This document shows, piece by piece, positions 30,793-41,900 of a DNA stretch of 64,000 bases. The notes under the pieces were generated by a model. The model ran no database searches, was not told the DNA's origin, and saw only the letters and a list, made by a program, of their open reading frames with translations. The position numbers and the translations under genes are program-made. Positions within the stretch are counted from its first letter, which is position 1. Every line of letters starts with the position of its first letter. Origin of the DNA: an uncultured cyanobacterium (lineage in GTDB: Bacteria; Cyanobacteriota; Cyanobacteriia; Cyanobacteriales; CAWCAG01); NCBI GenBank assembly GCA_963793425.1, contig CAWCAG010000009.1, forward strand, positions 896,001-960,000, given 5' to 3'.

Positions 30793-31782
30793 TTACTCTT
30801 GGTGTTCGAGGATTTTAGCGTAATCTCCCAAAGCATAACAAGCAACTCTTAAACTGCCTAAAGTTTGCCTTTCCACCTTAGTGTCAGGAATTATACGAGC
30901 AATTTTTAAACGTTGTTCGTAATAGTGAATCGCTTGAGCATATTCTCCTAGAGCATCGTAAGCTACCCCCAAACGTCCTAATGCTTGCTCTTCTAAACGA
31001 TAATCTTCTAAGAGCCTAGCTGTTTCCAATCTTTCTTTGCTATAAGCGATCGCTTGATGATATTCTCCGATAGTATGACAAACATTAGCTAAATTCTTTA
31101 AAATCTGAGCTTCCATGCGAGTATCGCCAAATTGTCGAGCGATGGCTAAACGTTCTTCATAATAGCTAATCGCTTTGTTATAATCTCCTAAAGCGTAACA
31201 AGCATTGCCTAAGTTCTTAAGAATTTGCCCTCCGATTTTAGAGTCCCCTAATTTACGAGCTAGGGCTAAACTTTTTTCTTGGGAAGCAACCGCTTGTTCA
31301 TATTCTCCCATGGCTTTATAAACCAAACCCAAGTTGTTAAGGCTAATCATTGCCCCCAATTCGTCTTGGAGTTGTTGAAGAATCACTAAACTTTTTTGCT
31401 GGGAATCAATAGCTTGAGGATATTCTGCTGTATGGCGATAGGAGTTACCTAAATTCCCCAATACTTGAGCTTCTAAGCGCTGGTTACTAACACATCTTGC
31501 TTTTTCTAAACTGGCACGATTGTATTCAATAGCTTGTTGATAATCACCTTTGGCATAATAAGTCAGCCCTAAATAGCAATTAACTTTAGCTAATCCAGAG
31601 TTATCTTCTAGTTTTGTATAAACATCAAGGGCCTGCTCAAAGCTATTAATGGCATCATCAAAATGACGGCTTCTGTAAAGCTTAACCCCTTTTTGTAGCA
31701 ACTTGTGCGCCTCAGTTTGTTGAAGCGGTGGTAATGTATCTTTATTTTGCTCCTTATTGCTATTTTCTGTCTCAGGAGTCAT
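30793..31782 (-). CDS. Tetratricopeptide repeat protein
   Basis: Repeated ~40-aa units of the form NLGxxYxxLGxYxxAIxxxxxxLxIA. Confidence 0.9.
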   Translation of the reverse strand: MTPETENSNKEQNKDTLPPLQQTEAHKLLQKGVKLYRSRHFDDAINSFEQALDVYTKLEDNSGLAKVNCYLGLTYYAKGDYQQAIEYNRASLEKARCVSNQRLEAQVLGNLGNSYRHTAEYPQAIDSQQKSLVILQQLQDELGAMISLNNLGLVYKAMGEYEQAVASQEKSLALARKLGDSKIGGQILKNLGNACYALGDYNKAISYYEERLAIARQFGDTRMEAQILKNLANVCHTIGEYHQAIAYSKERLETARLLEDYRLEEQALGRLGVAYDALGEYAQAIHYYEQRLKIARIIPDTKVERQTLGSLRVACYALGDYAKILEHQE

Positions 31783-32007
31783 ATCTTGTGGCTTTCTCCT
31801 TTTTTAAGCCGCCTTCTGTTGAAATGGGGAATGCCTATTGACCAGGACGAGAAACTCTCTTACTTAATTAATATACCCAAACTGATTTACTGAATCTCCT
31901 ATAATTATTATTTATTCCCTATTGACTTATGATAACTTTCCTGGTTCCTTAGTTTTTATAACATACTCCTTTTAAATATGGATGATTGTTTATTATGTAC
32001 TATACAT

Positions 32008-32895
32008 TTACTTGCATAACAAAGCCGTTTCTTGAGCGGTAGTTTTATTTTCTTGATAGGTATTTGTACGACAGTTAATTTGACAAGAATTATTAGCAGT
32101 TTCTTTTAATTCGATTCTATCGAGTTCTATACCCAGTTCTCGTATCGGTTGCTGCAAAATATTACACAGGTATAAGGCAATATTTTCTGCTGTAGGAATT
32201 ACTTGGGAAAAATAAGCAATATCTTGATTAAGAAAAGTATGATCTAAAGGCTCAATCACCTTTTCTTCTATTACTTGTCTCAATTTTCTTAATTCTACAA
32301 TCCTTCCGGTACGACTATCGATTTCTCCTACTACTCTTACTTCTAAATAATAATTGTGGCCATGGCCATTAGCGTTAGCACATTTACCATATATTTGTCT
32401 ATTTTCTTCATCGCTCAAAGTCGGTAGAGCTAGGCGATGAGCTGCACTAAAGTAGACCCCAAAGTTAACAAAAGCTTCCATACCATTTCCTCGATAATTA
32501 ACCCAAAATTCTGGCTGTTCAAACAAACAAACTTTAGCTAAAGGTAACTCAGGAAGAAGACGCTGCCAAATTACTTTAGCAAGATATTCTGGAGTTGGTA
32601 AAGTGTCTTGAAATTCTGGCCAAATTTCATTGAGATAAGCATAATTCAAGTCATCAATAATTTTACGTTGAATTAATTGTTTAACCTCGAAAAAATTCTG
32701 TACCATGCCATATTTGTCAATTTCTCCCAGGGCAGAAACAGATAAAACATAGTTATGCCCCCCTCCAGGAAATCTACTTTCTGCACCAAATCTGTGTAGA
32801 TTCTCTGCTTCACTCAGTTCCGGTAGCCAATAGCGATAGCTGGCGGAAAATTGAGCGCGACGGCTGATGAGACATTTCATAGAACCCGTGATCAC
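32008..32895 (-). CDS. Two-domain 6-pyruvoyl-tetrahydropterin synthase / QueD family protein
   Basis: Two T-fold domains; the second carries FSAAHRL, GKC...GHGHNY, LDHTFLN and PTAENIA. Confidence 0.85.
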   Translation of the reverse strand: MITGSMKCLISRRAQFSASYRYWLPELSEAENLHRFGAESRFPGGGHNYVLSVSALGEIDKYGMVQNFFEVKQLIQRKIIDDLNYAYLNEIWPEFQDTLPTPEYLAKVIWQRLLPELPLAKVCLFEQPEFWVNYRGNGMEAFVNFGVYFSAAHRLALPTLSDEENRQIYGKCANANGHGHNYYLEVRVVGEIDSRTGRIVELRKLRQVIEEKVIEPLDHTFLNQDIAYFSQVIPTAENIALYLCNILQQPIRELGIELDRIELKETANNSCQINCRTNTYQENKTTAQETALLCK

Positions 32896-32929
32896 ATGAG
32901 TACTTTATTTAAGATAAACCAAAAATTAA

Positions 32930-33625
32930 TTAAATATTTGCCAATTCTTGGGCTTCCCCATAAAAGCCTGTAGCGATGCGGAATAATTCTCTACCTGTAT
33001 TCAAATAATATTCGTCGTAATTGAGGGTAAACATTCGTAATTCTTCAATACCGTCACCAAGTTGGTTGAGACAATAGTAGAGATTAGTAGCTGTTCCGGC
33101 TACTTTGGTGGGGTTAGGTTGGGAAGTGAATAGTTGTTGGGCGCACTTCAGTTGCAAGCGACAATCTTCCAAGTAGTCTTGAAATGCTGCCATCAGCTCG
33201 TCATCGAAAGGATCAGCAGAAAGATATTCTATTTCTGCTTCTAAGGAATTGAGGATAATGGAAATAAGCTGATTAACTGGTTGATAAACTTCCTGAAACC
33301 ATTTGTAGAGATGGGTATCCTGTTCTCGTCCTGTTTTATACTGGCGGCGGTAGCGCTCTTGTGCTTGAGAAGTTCTTTGTTGTCTGCTGACAAAAGATGC
33401 ATCTCGATGAGGAGAAAATAATTGGCGATCATAACTGCGGCGGCGTTGGGGATCGCTTAAAACCTCATAGGCACAATTGAGTAAAACAATTTGTCCATGG
33501 TTAGCGGTATCTCTGTGAGTATCGGGGTGAAAGCGCTTAACTAGATGACGATAAGCTTGCTTGATTTCCCTTTGAGTAACTTTTGGATCAACTTCTAGGA
33601 TTTGGTAGTAGTTGAGTTGTGGCAT
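32930..33625 (-). CDS. DnaJ-domain protein (type III)
   Basis: NYYQILEV...IKQAYR...FHPD...AYEVLSDPQRRRSYD. Confidence 0.9.
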   Translation of the reverse strand: MPQLNYYQILEVDPKVTQREIKQAYRHLVKRFHPDTHRDTANHGQIVLLNCAYEVLSDPQRRRSYDRQLFSPHRDASFVSRQQRTSQAQERYRRQYKTGREQDTHLYKWFQEVYQPVNQLISIILNSLEAEIEYLSADPFDDELMAAFQDYLEDCRLQLKCAQQLFTSQPNPTKVAGTATNLYYCLNQLGDGIEELRMFTLNYDEYYLNTGRELFRIATGFYGEAQELANI

Positions 33626-33660
33626 TTAATTTGAGGGCTGCAGCTCATAATTACCAATAT

Positions 33661-33692
33661 TGTAGGGGCGAAGAGTGTCCCTTGCCCCTACA
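33661..33692. repeat. REP-like GTAG palindrome downstream of ndhB
   Basis: TGTAGGGGCGAAG-AGTGTCC-CTTGCCCCTACA imperfect palindrome. Confidence 0.6.
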
Positions 33693-33709
33693 TGAGGATG
33701 AGGCAAAAG

Positions 33710-35263
33710 CTAATCTTTCACTGAAGAAACTGTATAACTAGGAGGTTCTACTTTAACTAAAGTAGACTTCAACATCGGAGTACTAGCCACAGACTCATTC
33801 GCTAAAGAAAAGAGGGGATTAGAAAGAATTCCTGCCAAACTAGTGGCAATCAGACTTAAAATCAAACCCACTTGTAGAGGACGCATTCCCCGCAAGTCCC
33901 AGCGTATAGGTGGATAGTTACGTACCGAATCAGAAACTTCGTGGGGTTCTTTCACCACCATCATTTTAACTACTCGGATGTAGTAGTAGATGGAAATGAC
34001 ACTGGTTATTAAGCCTAAGAGAACCAAACCATAAAGCCCCGCTTGCCAACCTGCCCAAAAGAGGTAAATTTTGCCAAAGAATCCTGCCATGGGAGGTATA
34101 CCCCCTAAAGAAAGTAGGCAGATACTTAAGCACAGGGTTAATAAAGGGTCTTTTTGATATAAACCAGCATACTCACTGATTTGATCTGTTCCTGTACGCA
34201 GGGAGAAGAGGATGACGCAGGAAAAAGCCCCTAGGTTCATAAAGAGGTAAATTAGCAGGTAAAACACCATGCTGGCATAGCCGGATTCTGTACCAGCGAT
34301 CAAACCAATCATCACAAAGCCAGCTTGGGCGATGGAGGAGTAAGCTAGCATCCGTTTCATGCTGCTTTGTGCCAAAGCGACGACATTTCCTAATACCATG
34401 CTGAGGATGGCTAGGGCTGTGAAGATGAAGCGCCATTCATCACTAACCACAACAAAAGCTGTGTCAAGTAAGCGAATTGCTAAGGCAAAACCAGCCGCTT
34501 TAGAACCTACAGATAAAAAAGCGACGACTGGAGTTGGCGAACCTTCATAAACATCAGGAGTCCATTGGTGAAAGGGAACAGCAGAAATTTTAAAAGCAAT
34601 ACCAGCAATCACAAATACCAAAGAAACAGCAATACCTAAGTCATTAGCACCTCCAGCTACTAAGCTTTGGGAAATAGCTTCTAAGTTAGTTTGCCCTCCC
34701 GATAAACCATACAGGAAGGAAAGGCCATAGAGAAAAATTGCTGAACTAGAAGCACCAATTAATAGGTATTTCAGGGCAGCTTCATTAGAACGAGAGTCCC
34801 GCTTCATATACCCTGTCATTAGGTACGAAGAAATACTCAAGGTTTCTAGGGAAACGAAAATTATTACTAACTCGTTAGCCCCAGAAAGAAGCATTCCTCC
34901 TAAAGTCGCAGACAGCATAATGGCAATAAACTCTGCTAAGGAAGAACCCGCTTGTTCTACGTAGCGGATTGACATCAAGATGGTTACAGCCGTTGACAGA
35001 GAAATGATGCCGCGAAAGACAATACTCAGGTTGTCACTATTAAAACTGCCAAGGAAGCCGATAGGATTGGGGTTATTCCATTGGTAATACAAGGCTACTT
35101 CTGAGAGTAATAACCCTGCGATCGCGACATAGGGCAACCAACGGCCATAACTTTTTCCGAGGATTAAGTCTCCTACCAAAACCACCATGAGGGTGATTAT
35201 CACCAGCCCTTCTGGCCAAATTGTTCCAGCGTTTAGCTGGGCTGCAATACTAGCAAAATCCAT
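33710..35263 (-). CDS. ndhB: NAD(P)H-quinone oxidoreductase (NDH-1) subunit 2
   Basis: [48 protein letters not shown] and LSLGGIPP. Confidence 0.97.
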   Translation of the reverse strand: MDFASIAAQLNAGTIWPEGLVIITLMVVLVGDLILGKSYGRWLPYVAIAGLLLSEVALYYQWNNPNPIGFLGSFNSDNLSIVFRGIISLSTAVTILMSIRYVEQAGSSLAEFIAIMLSATLGGMLLSGANELVIIFVSLETLSISSYLMTGYMKRDSRSNEAALKYLLIGASSSAIFLYGLSFLYGLSGGQTNLEAISQSLVAGGANDLGIAVSLVFVIAGIAFKISAVPFHQWTPDVYEGSPTPVVAFLSVGSKAAGFALAIRLLDTAFVVVSDEWRFIFTALAILSMVLGNVVALAQSSMKRMLAYSSIAQAGFVMIGLIAGTESGYASMVFYLLIYLFMNLGAFSCVILFSLRTGTDQISEYAGLYQKDPLLTLCLSICLLSLGGIPPMAGFFGKIYLFWAGWQAGLYGLVLLGLITSVISIYYYIRVVKMMVVKEPHEVSDSVRNYPPIRWDLRGMRPLQVGLILSLIATSLAGILSNPLFSLANESVASTPMLKSTLVKVEPPSYTVSSVKD

Positions 35264-35782
35264 AAAGTTTAGGCAAATTTGAGATATTTCTAGAGCCTCA
35301 GTCCAGTCCTGTCAAAAAGGTGGCTGTAACTGACTCTTCAAAAAGCTTTACAAGGCAATTGTACCTTGTTGAGGGAAAGTTATTATTCATTGGTGATAAG
35401 TTAAGCAAGAGGCCAATTTGTCAAGCTATTTACTTTAAAGCATCGGAGTTGGGTTATACCTTTGTCTCGTAAATTAAGTCTAAATTCTGAGCAATGGTCA
35501 ATTCTTCGTTGTTAACGGTAGTTAAAACTAAAATAAAAGTCACTCAACTCACAAGAAAGAAGGGAGCAGCAACCCAAGAAGCCCACGCTGTACTCATAGA
35601 GTTAGTGTATTGGGAGTATGCCACAAAACATTTCTTTGGGTTAGATAGCACCAACCAAGACAAATATTCGCTATGTTTGTTTAGAGACAGTTATGTAGAG
35701 TAACTTTGGTAGAGAAGAGCTAATTCTTTTGTACTTACGTTACGAACCTCTCTTTATTCCCATAAGCGACCCTGACAAATTT

Positions 35783-38389
35783 ATGTCAACCCTAGTCATT
35801 GTCGAATCTCCGACTAAAGCCCGCACTATTCGCAATTTTCTCCCCTCAGATTATCGCGTCGAGGCCTCCATGGGTCATGTACGTGACCTCCCCTCATCGG
35901 CAGATGAAATTCCTGCGGCTTATAAGGGCAAAGATTGGGCGCAGTTAGGAGTTAATGTTGAGGATGAATTTTCAGCCCTCTACGTGATTCCGAAGAAAAA
36001 AAAGAAGGTTGTTAAAGAACTTAAAGATGCCCTCAAGGAAGCAGATGAACTTGTTTTAGCCACTGATGAAGATCGCGAAGGAGAAAGCATCAGTTGGCAT
36101 TTACTCCAGCTTTTAAAGCCGAAAGTACCTACCAAGCGGATGGTATTTCATGAAATCACTTCAGAAGCAATTCAAAGCGCCCTGAAAAACCGTCGCGATA
36201 TTGATGATAATTTAGTCAAAGCCCAGGAAACTCGGCGTATTCTCGACCGCTTGGTTGGTTATACCCTTTCTCCTTTACTCTGGAAGAAAATTGCTTGGGG
36301 ACTCTCCGCAGGCAGGGTACAATCTGTGGCGGTAAGGTTGTTGGTGGAAAGAGAAAGACAGCGTCGCGCTTTCCGTCAAGGGGGTTATTGGGATCTTAAA
36401 GCTAGTTTGGAGCAGAAGAAAAGCCCTTTTGAAGCAAAGTTAGTTACCTTGGCTGGGAAGAAATTAGCGACAGGCAGTGATTTTGATGCTAGTACAGGAA
36501 AAATTGCTAAGGGTAAGAAGGTTGTCCTGCTTAACGAAGAAGAAGCAGAAGCTTTAAAAGAGCGCTTGAAGGGTAAAACCTGGACTGTTACAAAAATTGA
36601 GGAAAAACCCACTACCCGCAAACCTGCTCCCCCCTTCACCACATCAACCCTGCAACAGGAAAGTAATCGCAAGTTAGGTATTTCTGCCAAGGATACGATG
36701 CGGACAGCTCAAAACCTTTATGAACAGGGTTACATTACCTACATGAGAACAGACTCTGTTCATCTTTCTCAGCAAGCGATCGCTGCGGCTAGGTCTTGTG
36801 TAGAACAGAAGTATGGTAAAGAATATTTAAGTAAGACACCCCGGCAATATAAAACCAAAAGCAAAGGGGCCCAAGAAGCACACGAAGCGATTCGTCCGGC
36901 AGGAAAAACTTTCCGTACTCCCCAAGAAACAGGTTTGTCAGCGCGAGAATTCAAACTTTATGATTTGATCTGGAAGCGTACCGTAGCTAGCCAAATGGCA
37001 GAAGCGAAGTTAACTCAAATTGCCGTACAACTTCAAGTAGAAGATGCGGGTTTCCGTTCTTCTGGCAAGCGTATTGATTTCCCTGGTTTCTTCCGTGCCT
37101 ATGTGGAAGGTTCCGATGATCCTGAAGCAGCTTTAGATAACCAAGAAGTCGTTTTACCTGCCTTAAAAGAAGGGGACAACCCTAACTGTAAGAAACTCGA
37201 AACCGTCAGCCATGAAACCCAGCCTCCGGCAAGATATACGGAAGCATCTTTAGTCAAAACCTTAGAAAAAGAAGGCATCGGTCGCCCTAGCACCTACGCT
37301 ACGATCATTAGTACAATCATGGATCGCGGTTATGCCCAAATGCGGGATAAGGCCTTAATTCCTACCTTCACCGCTTTTGCTGTATCTAGCTTATTGGAAA
37401 GCTATTTCCCTGACTTAGTAGATACTCGCTTCACTTCTAAAATGGAGCAAACTTTAGATGAAATTGCTTCTGGAGAAGTGCAATGGTTACCTTATTTAAC
37501 TAAATTTTATTTAGGGGCAGAGGGTTTAGAAACCCAGGTTAAGGACAAAGCTAATGCTATTGAACCTAGTATGGCCAAGGCTGTGGCTTTAGAAAATTTG
37601 GAAGCTAAGGTTAAGATTGGTAAATTTGGCCCTTATTTGGAAGTAGAAAATGGTGATGGGGTTGTCACAGCTTCCATTCCTGAAGATTTAACCCCGGCTG
37701 ATCTTAATCCAGAACAAGTTGAAATCTTACTGAAGCAAAAAACTGAAGGCCCAGAAAAGCTGGGAATGCACCCAGAAACTGGAGAAGCAATTTATATTTT
37801 AATTGGTAACTACGGCCCCTATGTGCAGTTAGGAGAGGTTACTGAAGAGAACAAAAAACCGAAAAGGTCTTCTTTGCCCAAAGGGATGAAAACCGAAGAC
37901 CTCACTTTAGACACTGCTGTGGGCTTACTCTCTCTGCCTCGTCTTTTGGGAGTACATCCAGCCACAGAAGCAAAAATCAAGGCGAGTTTAGGTCGATTTG
38001 GCCCTTATGTAGTTCATGATCAGGGTAAGGAAGGCAAGGATTATCGTTCTCTAAGAAAAGAAGATGATATTTTGACTATTACCTTAGAAAGGGCTTTAGA
38101 ATTATTAGCCCAACCCAAAAAAGGTAGGGGAGGAAGTCGAGGTTCAAGTAAGAAACCTTTACGGGAATTGGGTTCACACCCAGAAGATAATGAACCAGTT
38201 AACGTTTATGATGGCCCTTACGGCCCTTATGTTAAACATGGCAAGGTTAATGCTAGTATCCCGGAAGGAGAGAAGACTGAAAGCATTACTTTAGAAACGG
38301 CGATTAATTTACTTTCCCAAAAGGCAAGTACGAAGAAAACTAAAACTCGTAAGAGTAAGAAGACAACAACGAAAAAGAAAGCTAAATAG
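35783..38389 (+). CDS. topA: DNA topoisomerase I
   Basis: [44 protein letters not shown]-terminal GxFGPY repeats and a Lys-rich tail; ATG at 35783. Confidence 0.98.
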   Translation: MSTLVIVESPTKARTIRNFLPSDYRVEASMGHVRDLPSSADEIPAAYKGKDWAQLGVNVEDEFSALYVIPKKKKKVVKELKDALKEADELVLATDEDREGESISWHLLQLLKPKVPTKRMVFHEITSEAIQSALKNRRDIDDNLVKAQETRRILDRLVGYTLSPLLWKKIAWGLSAGRVQSVAVRLLVERERQRRAFRQGGYWDLKASLEQKKSPFEAKLVTLAGKKLATGSDFDASTGKIAKGKKVVLLNEEEAEALKERLKGKTWTVTKIEEKPTTRKPAPPFTTSTLQQESNRKLGISAKDTMRTAQNLYEQGYITYMRTDSVHLSQQAIAAARSCVEQKYGKEYLSKTPRQYKTKSKGAQEAHEAIRPAGKTFRTPQETGLSAREFKLYDLIWKRTVASQMAEAKLTQIAVQLQVEDAGFRSSGKRIDFPGFFRAYVEGSDDPEAALDNQEVVLPALKEGDNPNCKKLETVSHETQPPARYTEASLVKTLEKEGIGRPSTYATIISTIMDRGYAQMRDKALIPTFTAFAVSSLLESYFPDLVDTRFTSKMEQTLDEIASGEVQWLPYLTKFYLGAEGLETQVKDKANAIEPSMAKAVALENLEAKVKIGKFGPYLEVENGDGVVTASIPEDLTPADLNPEQVEILLKQKTEGPEKLGMHPETGEAIYILIGNYGPYVQLGEVTEENKKPKRSSLPKGMKTEDLTLDTAVGLLSLPRLLGVHPATEAKIKASLGRFGPYVVHDQGKEGKDYRSLRKEDDILTITLERALELLAQPKKGRGGSRGSSKKPLRELGSHPEDNEPVNVYDGPYGPYVKHGKVNASIPEGEKTESITLETAINLLSQKASTKKTKTRKSKKTTTKKKAK

Positions 38390-38547
38390 TATAGGGACTT
38401 TACAAAATAACCTTTTTCCCATTGATGTCCAGTTCAACTTAGGATTGGTCACCACCTCTAGAGCTATCAATAAATATTGGGAAAATAAAGTTGTATAGCG
38501 TTATAAAACAATACAAACAACGAGTCCGTTTAAACATACTTAGCTAG

Positions 38548-38845
38548 GTGAACTACCTACACTGACCTGACGGTACAGTGTAGGCTTCCTGCCCAACAGA
38601 AAGCGTAGTAGTGGATTTCTTGCGTCCTCCCTTACTCCGACTTACATCTGGGCGACAGGCTTTATCCCCCGTTCCAGAGGTTAAAATTCGTAGTCCCTCA
38701 TCTCTGAGGTTAATAGATGCATTCACATCCCTACGAGATAGCTTGTGTAGAAAATCTTCACGACAGTTAGTTATTTTTCTATGAACTCTAGCAACTTTCC
38801 TTTCAACACTTACCGCGAAGCGGAAGTGTGAGGCTTCTTGCTGTT
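38548..38845 (-). mobile_element. Non-autonomous, internally deleted IS200/IS605-family element carrying only the tnpB 3' end and both terminal hairpins
   Basis: The minus strand from 38732 translates to RDVNASINLRDEGLRILTSGTGDKACRP...GQEAYTVPSGQCR*, a TnpB RuvC-III-type C-terminus. Right-end hairpin CCTACACTG...CAGTGTAGG is followed by TTCAC. Left-end hairpin ACACTTACCGC-GAA-GCGGAAGTGT lies at 38806-38829. The left boundary is approximate. Confidence 0.8.
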
Positions 38846-38983
38846 CAAGCTAAATTATCGCTAAATGTCCCGATGTTGCTAATTGAAGCTGAAAAACTTT
38901 ATACCGACCCAAAAGATAGAAATTCATTTTTCTCTAGTTAGAAACAAAGAAGCTGGGTCAAAATTGAAGTTGAAAGGTACTAT

Positions 38984-41900
38984 TTGCTTCTCATGATTTC
39001 TTTGTCTGGCTATGAGATTATTAAGCTTATTTCTGAGAGTTCAAGCTCTTTAGTTTATCGTGCCATTCAAATTAAGGATAGTCAACCTGTTGTCCTCAAA
39101 GTTCTCAACCAAGATTATCCTACACCAGAGCAATTAGATAGATTTAAGCAAGAGTATGCAATTAATTGTCAGTTAAATTTTGCTGGTGCAGTCAAAGTTT
39201 ATGGTTTAGAAATCTACCAAAGAACTTTAGTCATTGTTTTTGAGGATTTTGGAGGAGAGTCTTTAAAACAATTCATTGCTAATAAACCTTTAATGGGGGC
39301 AGAATTTCTCAAAGTTGCTATTCAAATAGCGGAAAATTTAGGGAAAATTCATTGCCGCAATATTATTCATCAAGATATTAATCCTGCCAATATTGTGATT
39401 CACCCTGTTACTAAACAAGTGAAAATTACTGATTTTGGCATTGCTAGTATTAATAAAAACTCCCATCTTCCCCCCCAGGAAATCTTAGGTACTTGGGCTT
39501 ATATGTCCCCAGAACAAACGGGAAGAATGAATTGTTCCCTCGATTACCGTACAGATTTTTACTCTTTGGGGGCAACTTTTTATGAATTACTAACTCAACA
39601 GCCACCTTTTTCTAATACAGATCCTTTGGAGTTGGTGCATTGTCATATTGCGAAAATGCCTATGGCATTAGGGAGTAGGGAGCAGGGAGCAGGGAGCAGT
39701 AAGATCCCTAGGGAGATCGCCGATATTGTGATCAAGTTGATGGCCAAGAATGCTGAAGATCGCTATCAAAGTGCTTGGGGATTGCAGGCAGATTTGGAAG
39801 AGTGTTTGCAACAACTACAAACCACAGGGATGATTACTCCATTCCCCCTGGCAAGCCAAGATGTTAGTGATAAATTTAGAATCCCCTCGAAACTCTACGG
39901 TAGGCAAACCGAAGTTACTCAGTTGTTAGCAGCCTTTAAGCGCGTAGCCACCCGGCAAACCCCTGCCTCCCCAAAAGGAGGAACAGAACTATTCTTAGTT
40001 GCTGGCTACTCTGGCATTGGTAAATCAGCATTGGTCAAAGAAATTCATCGCTCCCTTGCTGCCCAAGGTGCTTACTTTGTCTCTGGTAAATTTGAACAAT
40101 ATCAACGTAACATCCCTTATTTAGGAATAATTCGCGCTTTTCAGGAATTAGTGCAGCAACTGTTAAGGGAAAACGAGACGAAGCTACAAAGTTGGCGAGA
40201 ACAAATTCAAACAGCTTTAGGTAATCTGGGCAAGGTGATTATCGAAGTAATTCCGGAAATAGAACTGATTATTGGACAGCAACCAGAAATTCCTCAGCTT
40301 CGGGGCATGGAAGCAGAAAGCCGCTTTAACTTGGTCTTGCAAAATTTTGTCCGGGTTTTTGCTCAACCGAAACACCCCCTAGTTATTTTTCTTGATGATT
40401 TACAATGGGCTGATAGTGCTTCTCTGCAATTACTACAAATGTTAGCTACCACTGAGGTACGTCGCCAAAGTCTTGCTTATCCTGTTAGTCTGTTGTTGAT
40501 TGGTGCTTATCGAGAAGAAGAGGTTAGGGCAACTCATCCTTTGCGGTTAAATGCTGCGGAGATTGTGAAAGCGGGGGCAACAGTTAACCAAATTGAACTT
40601 AAAGCCTTAAATTTATTAGAGGTTAATGAGTTAATTGCTGACACTCTCTATTGTGATGCAGATAAGACTAAACCCTTAGCCCAATTGGTTTTAGATAAAA
40701 CGGGGGGTAATCCTTTTTTTGTCAGGGAGTTCTTGCAAGCCCTTCATAAACAAGGTTTGATCTTTTTCCTTTACACTCAATCTCAACAACAACAAGAACC
40801 CCACTGGTGTTGGGATTTAGAACAGATTAAAGCTCAAGGATTTACTAATAATGTTGTTGAGCTTCTGGCTGAAAGAATTCAGCAGCTACCAGAACAAACC
40901 CAAGCTGGTTTACAATTGGCAGCTTGTATTGGCAATCAGTTTACTCTCAATATTTTAGCAACTATTTGGCAAAAATCCCCCTCGGAAACTGTTACTTTAT
41001 TAGGGGCTGCGGTAGAAGAGAATTTAATTGTTGTCCTGGAAAGGGAAGAAACAGTAATCCAGTATGAATTTGTTCATGATCGCATTCAACAAGCAGCCTA
41101 TTCTCTCATCCCCAAACAACAGAAGCAACGCTTACATTTACAAATCGGCAGGTTATTACGCAGCAACTATTCAGAACAAGAGTTGCTTTTTACGATTGTC
41201 AATCAACTCAACTTAGGCAGGGAATTAATTACAACAGCAAGAGAAAAAGAAGAATTAGCACAGTTGAATTTATTGGTTGCTAAGAAAGCCCAGGCTTCGG
41301 CTGCATATGATTCAGCTTATCAATATCTTGAGGTTGGTTGCAAGCTCTTATCTCAAGATTGTTGGCAGGAACAATACAGCCTTGCCTTAGAAATCTATAC
41401 TTCAGCGGCAGAGGTTGCTTATCTCAGTAGCAATTTACCAGCAATGGAGAGATACATCGCTACAGTCCTCCAGAAAGGGAAAACTTTGCTAGATAAGGTT
41501 CCAGTCTATGAACTAAAAATTGAGGCTGATATCGCCCAAAATCACCTTCTAGAAGCAGTAAATACTTCCCTTACTGTCCTTGAATCTTTAGGAATCAAAC
41601 TACCGCAAAAACCTAGCAAATTAAATGTGTTGTCGGGTTTAATTAATAGCAAGTTGATTTTGCTGGGTAAGAAGATTTCTGAGTTGGTTGACTTGCCCAC
41701 AATGCAAGATGGTAAAATGCTTGCAGCTTTTCGTCTTCTCACTACTTTAGGTTCTGCTGCTTATTTAACTACGCCAGAACTAACTGCTTTGGTTAGTTGT
41801 AAGTCAGTTGCACTCTCTGTTAAATACGGTAACACAGCTTTGTCTCCTTTCACCTATGCCGGTTATGGAGTTATTCTTTGTGGTGTATTAGGGGATATTC

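Noticed and set aside
35494..35703. 69-aa ORF between ndhB and topA, and the 61-aa ORF at 61384-61569
   Set aside because: Both lie in divergent promoter regions and have no recognisable motifs; likely spurious.
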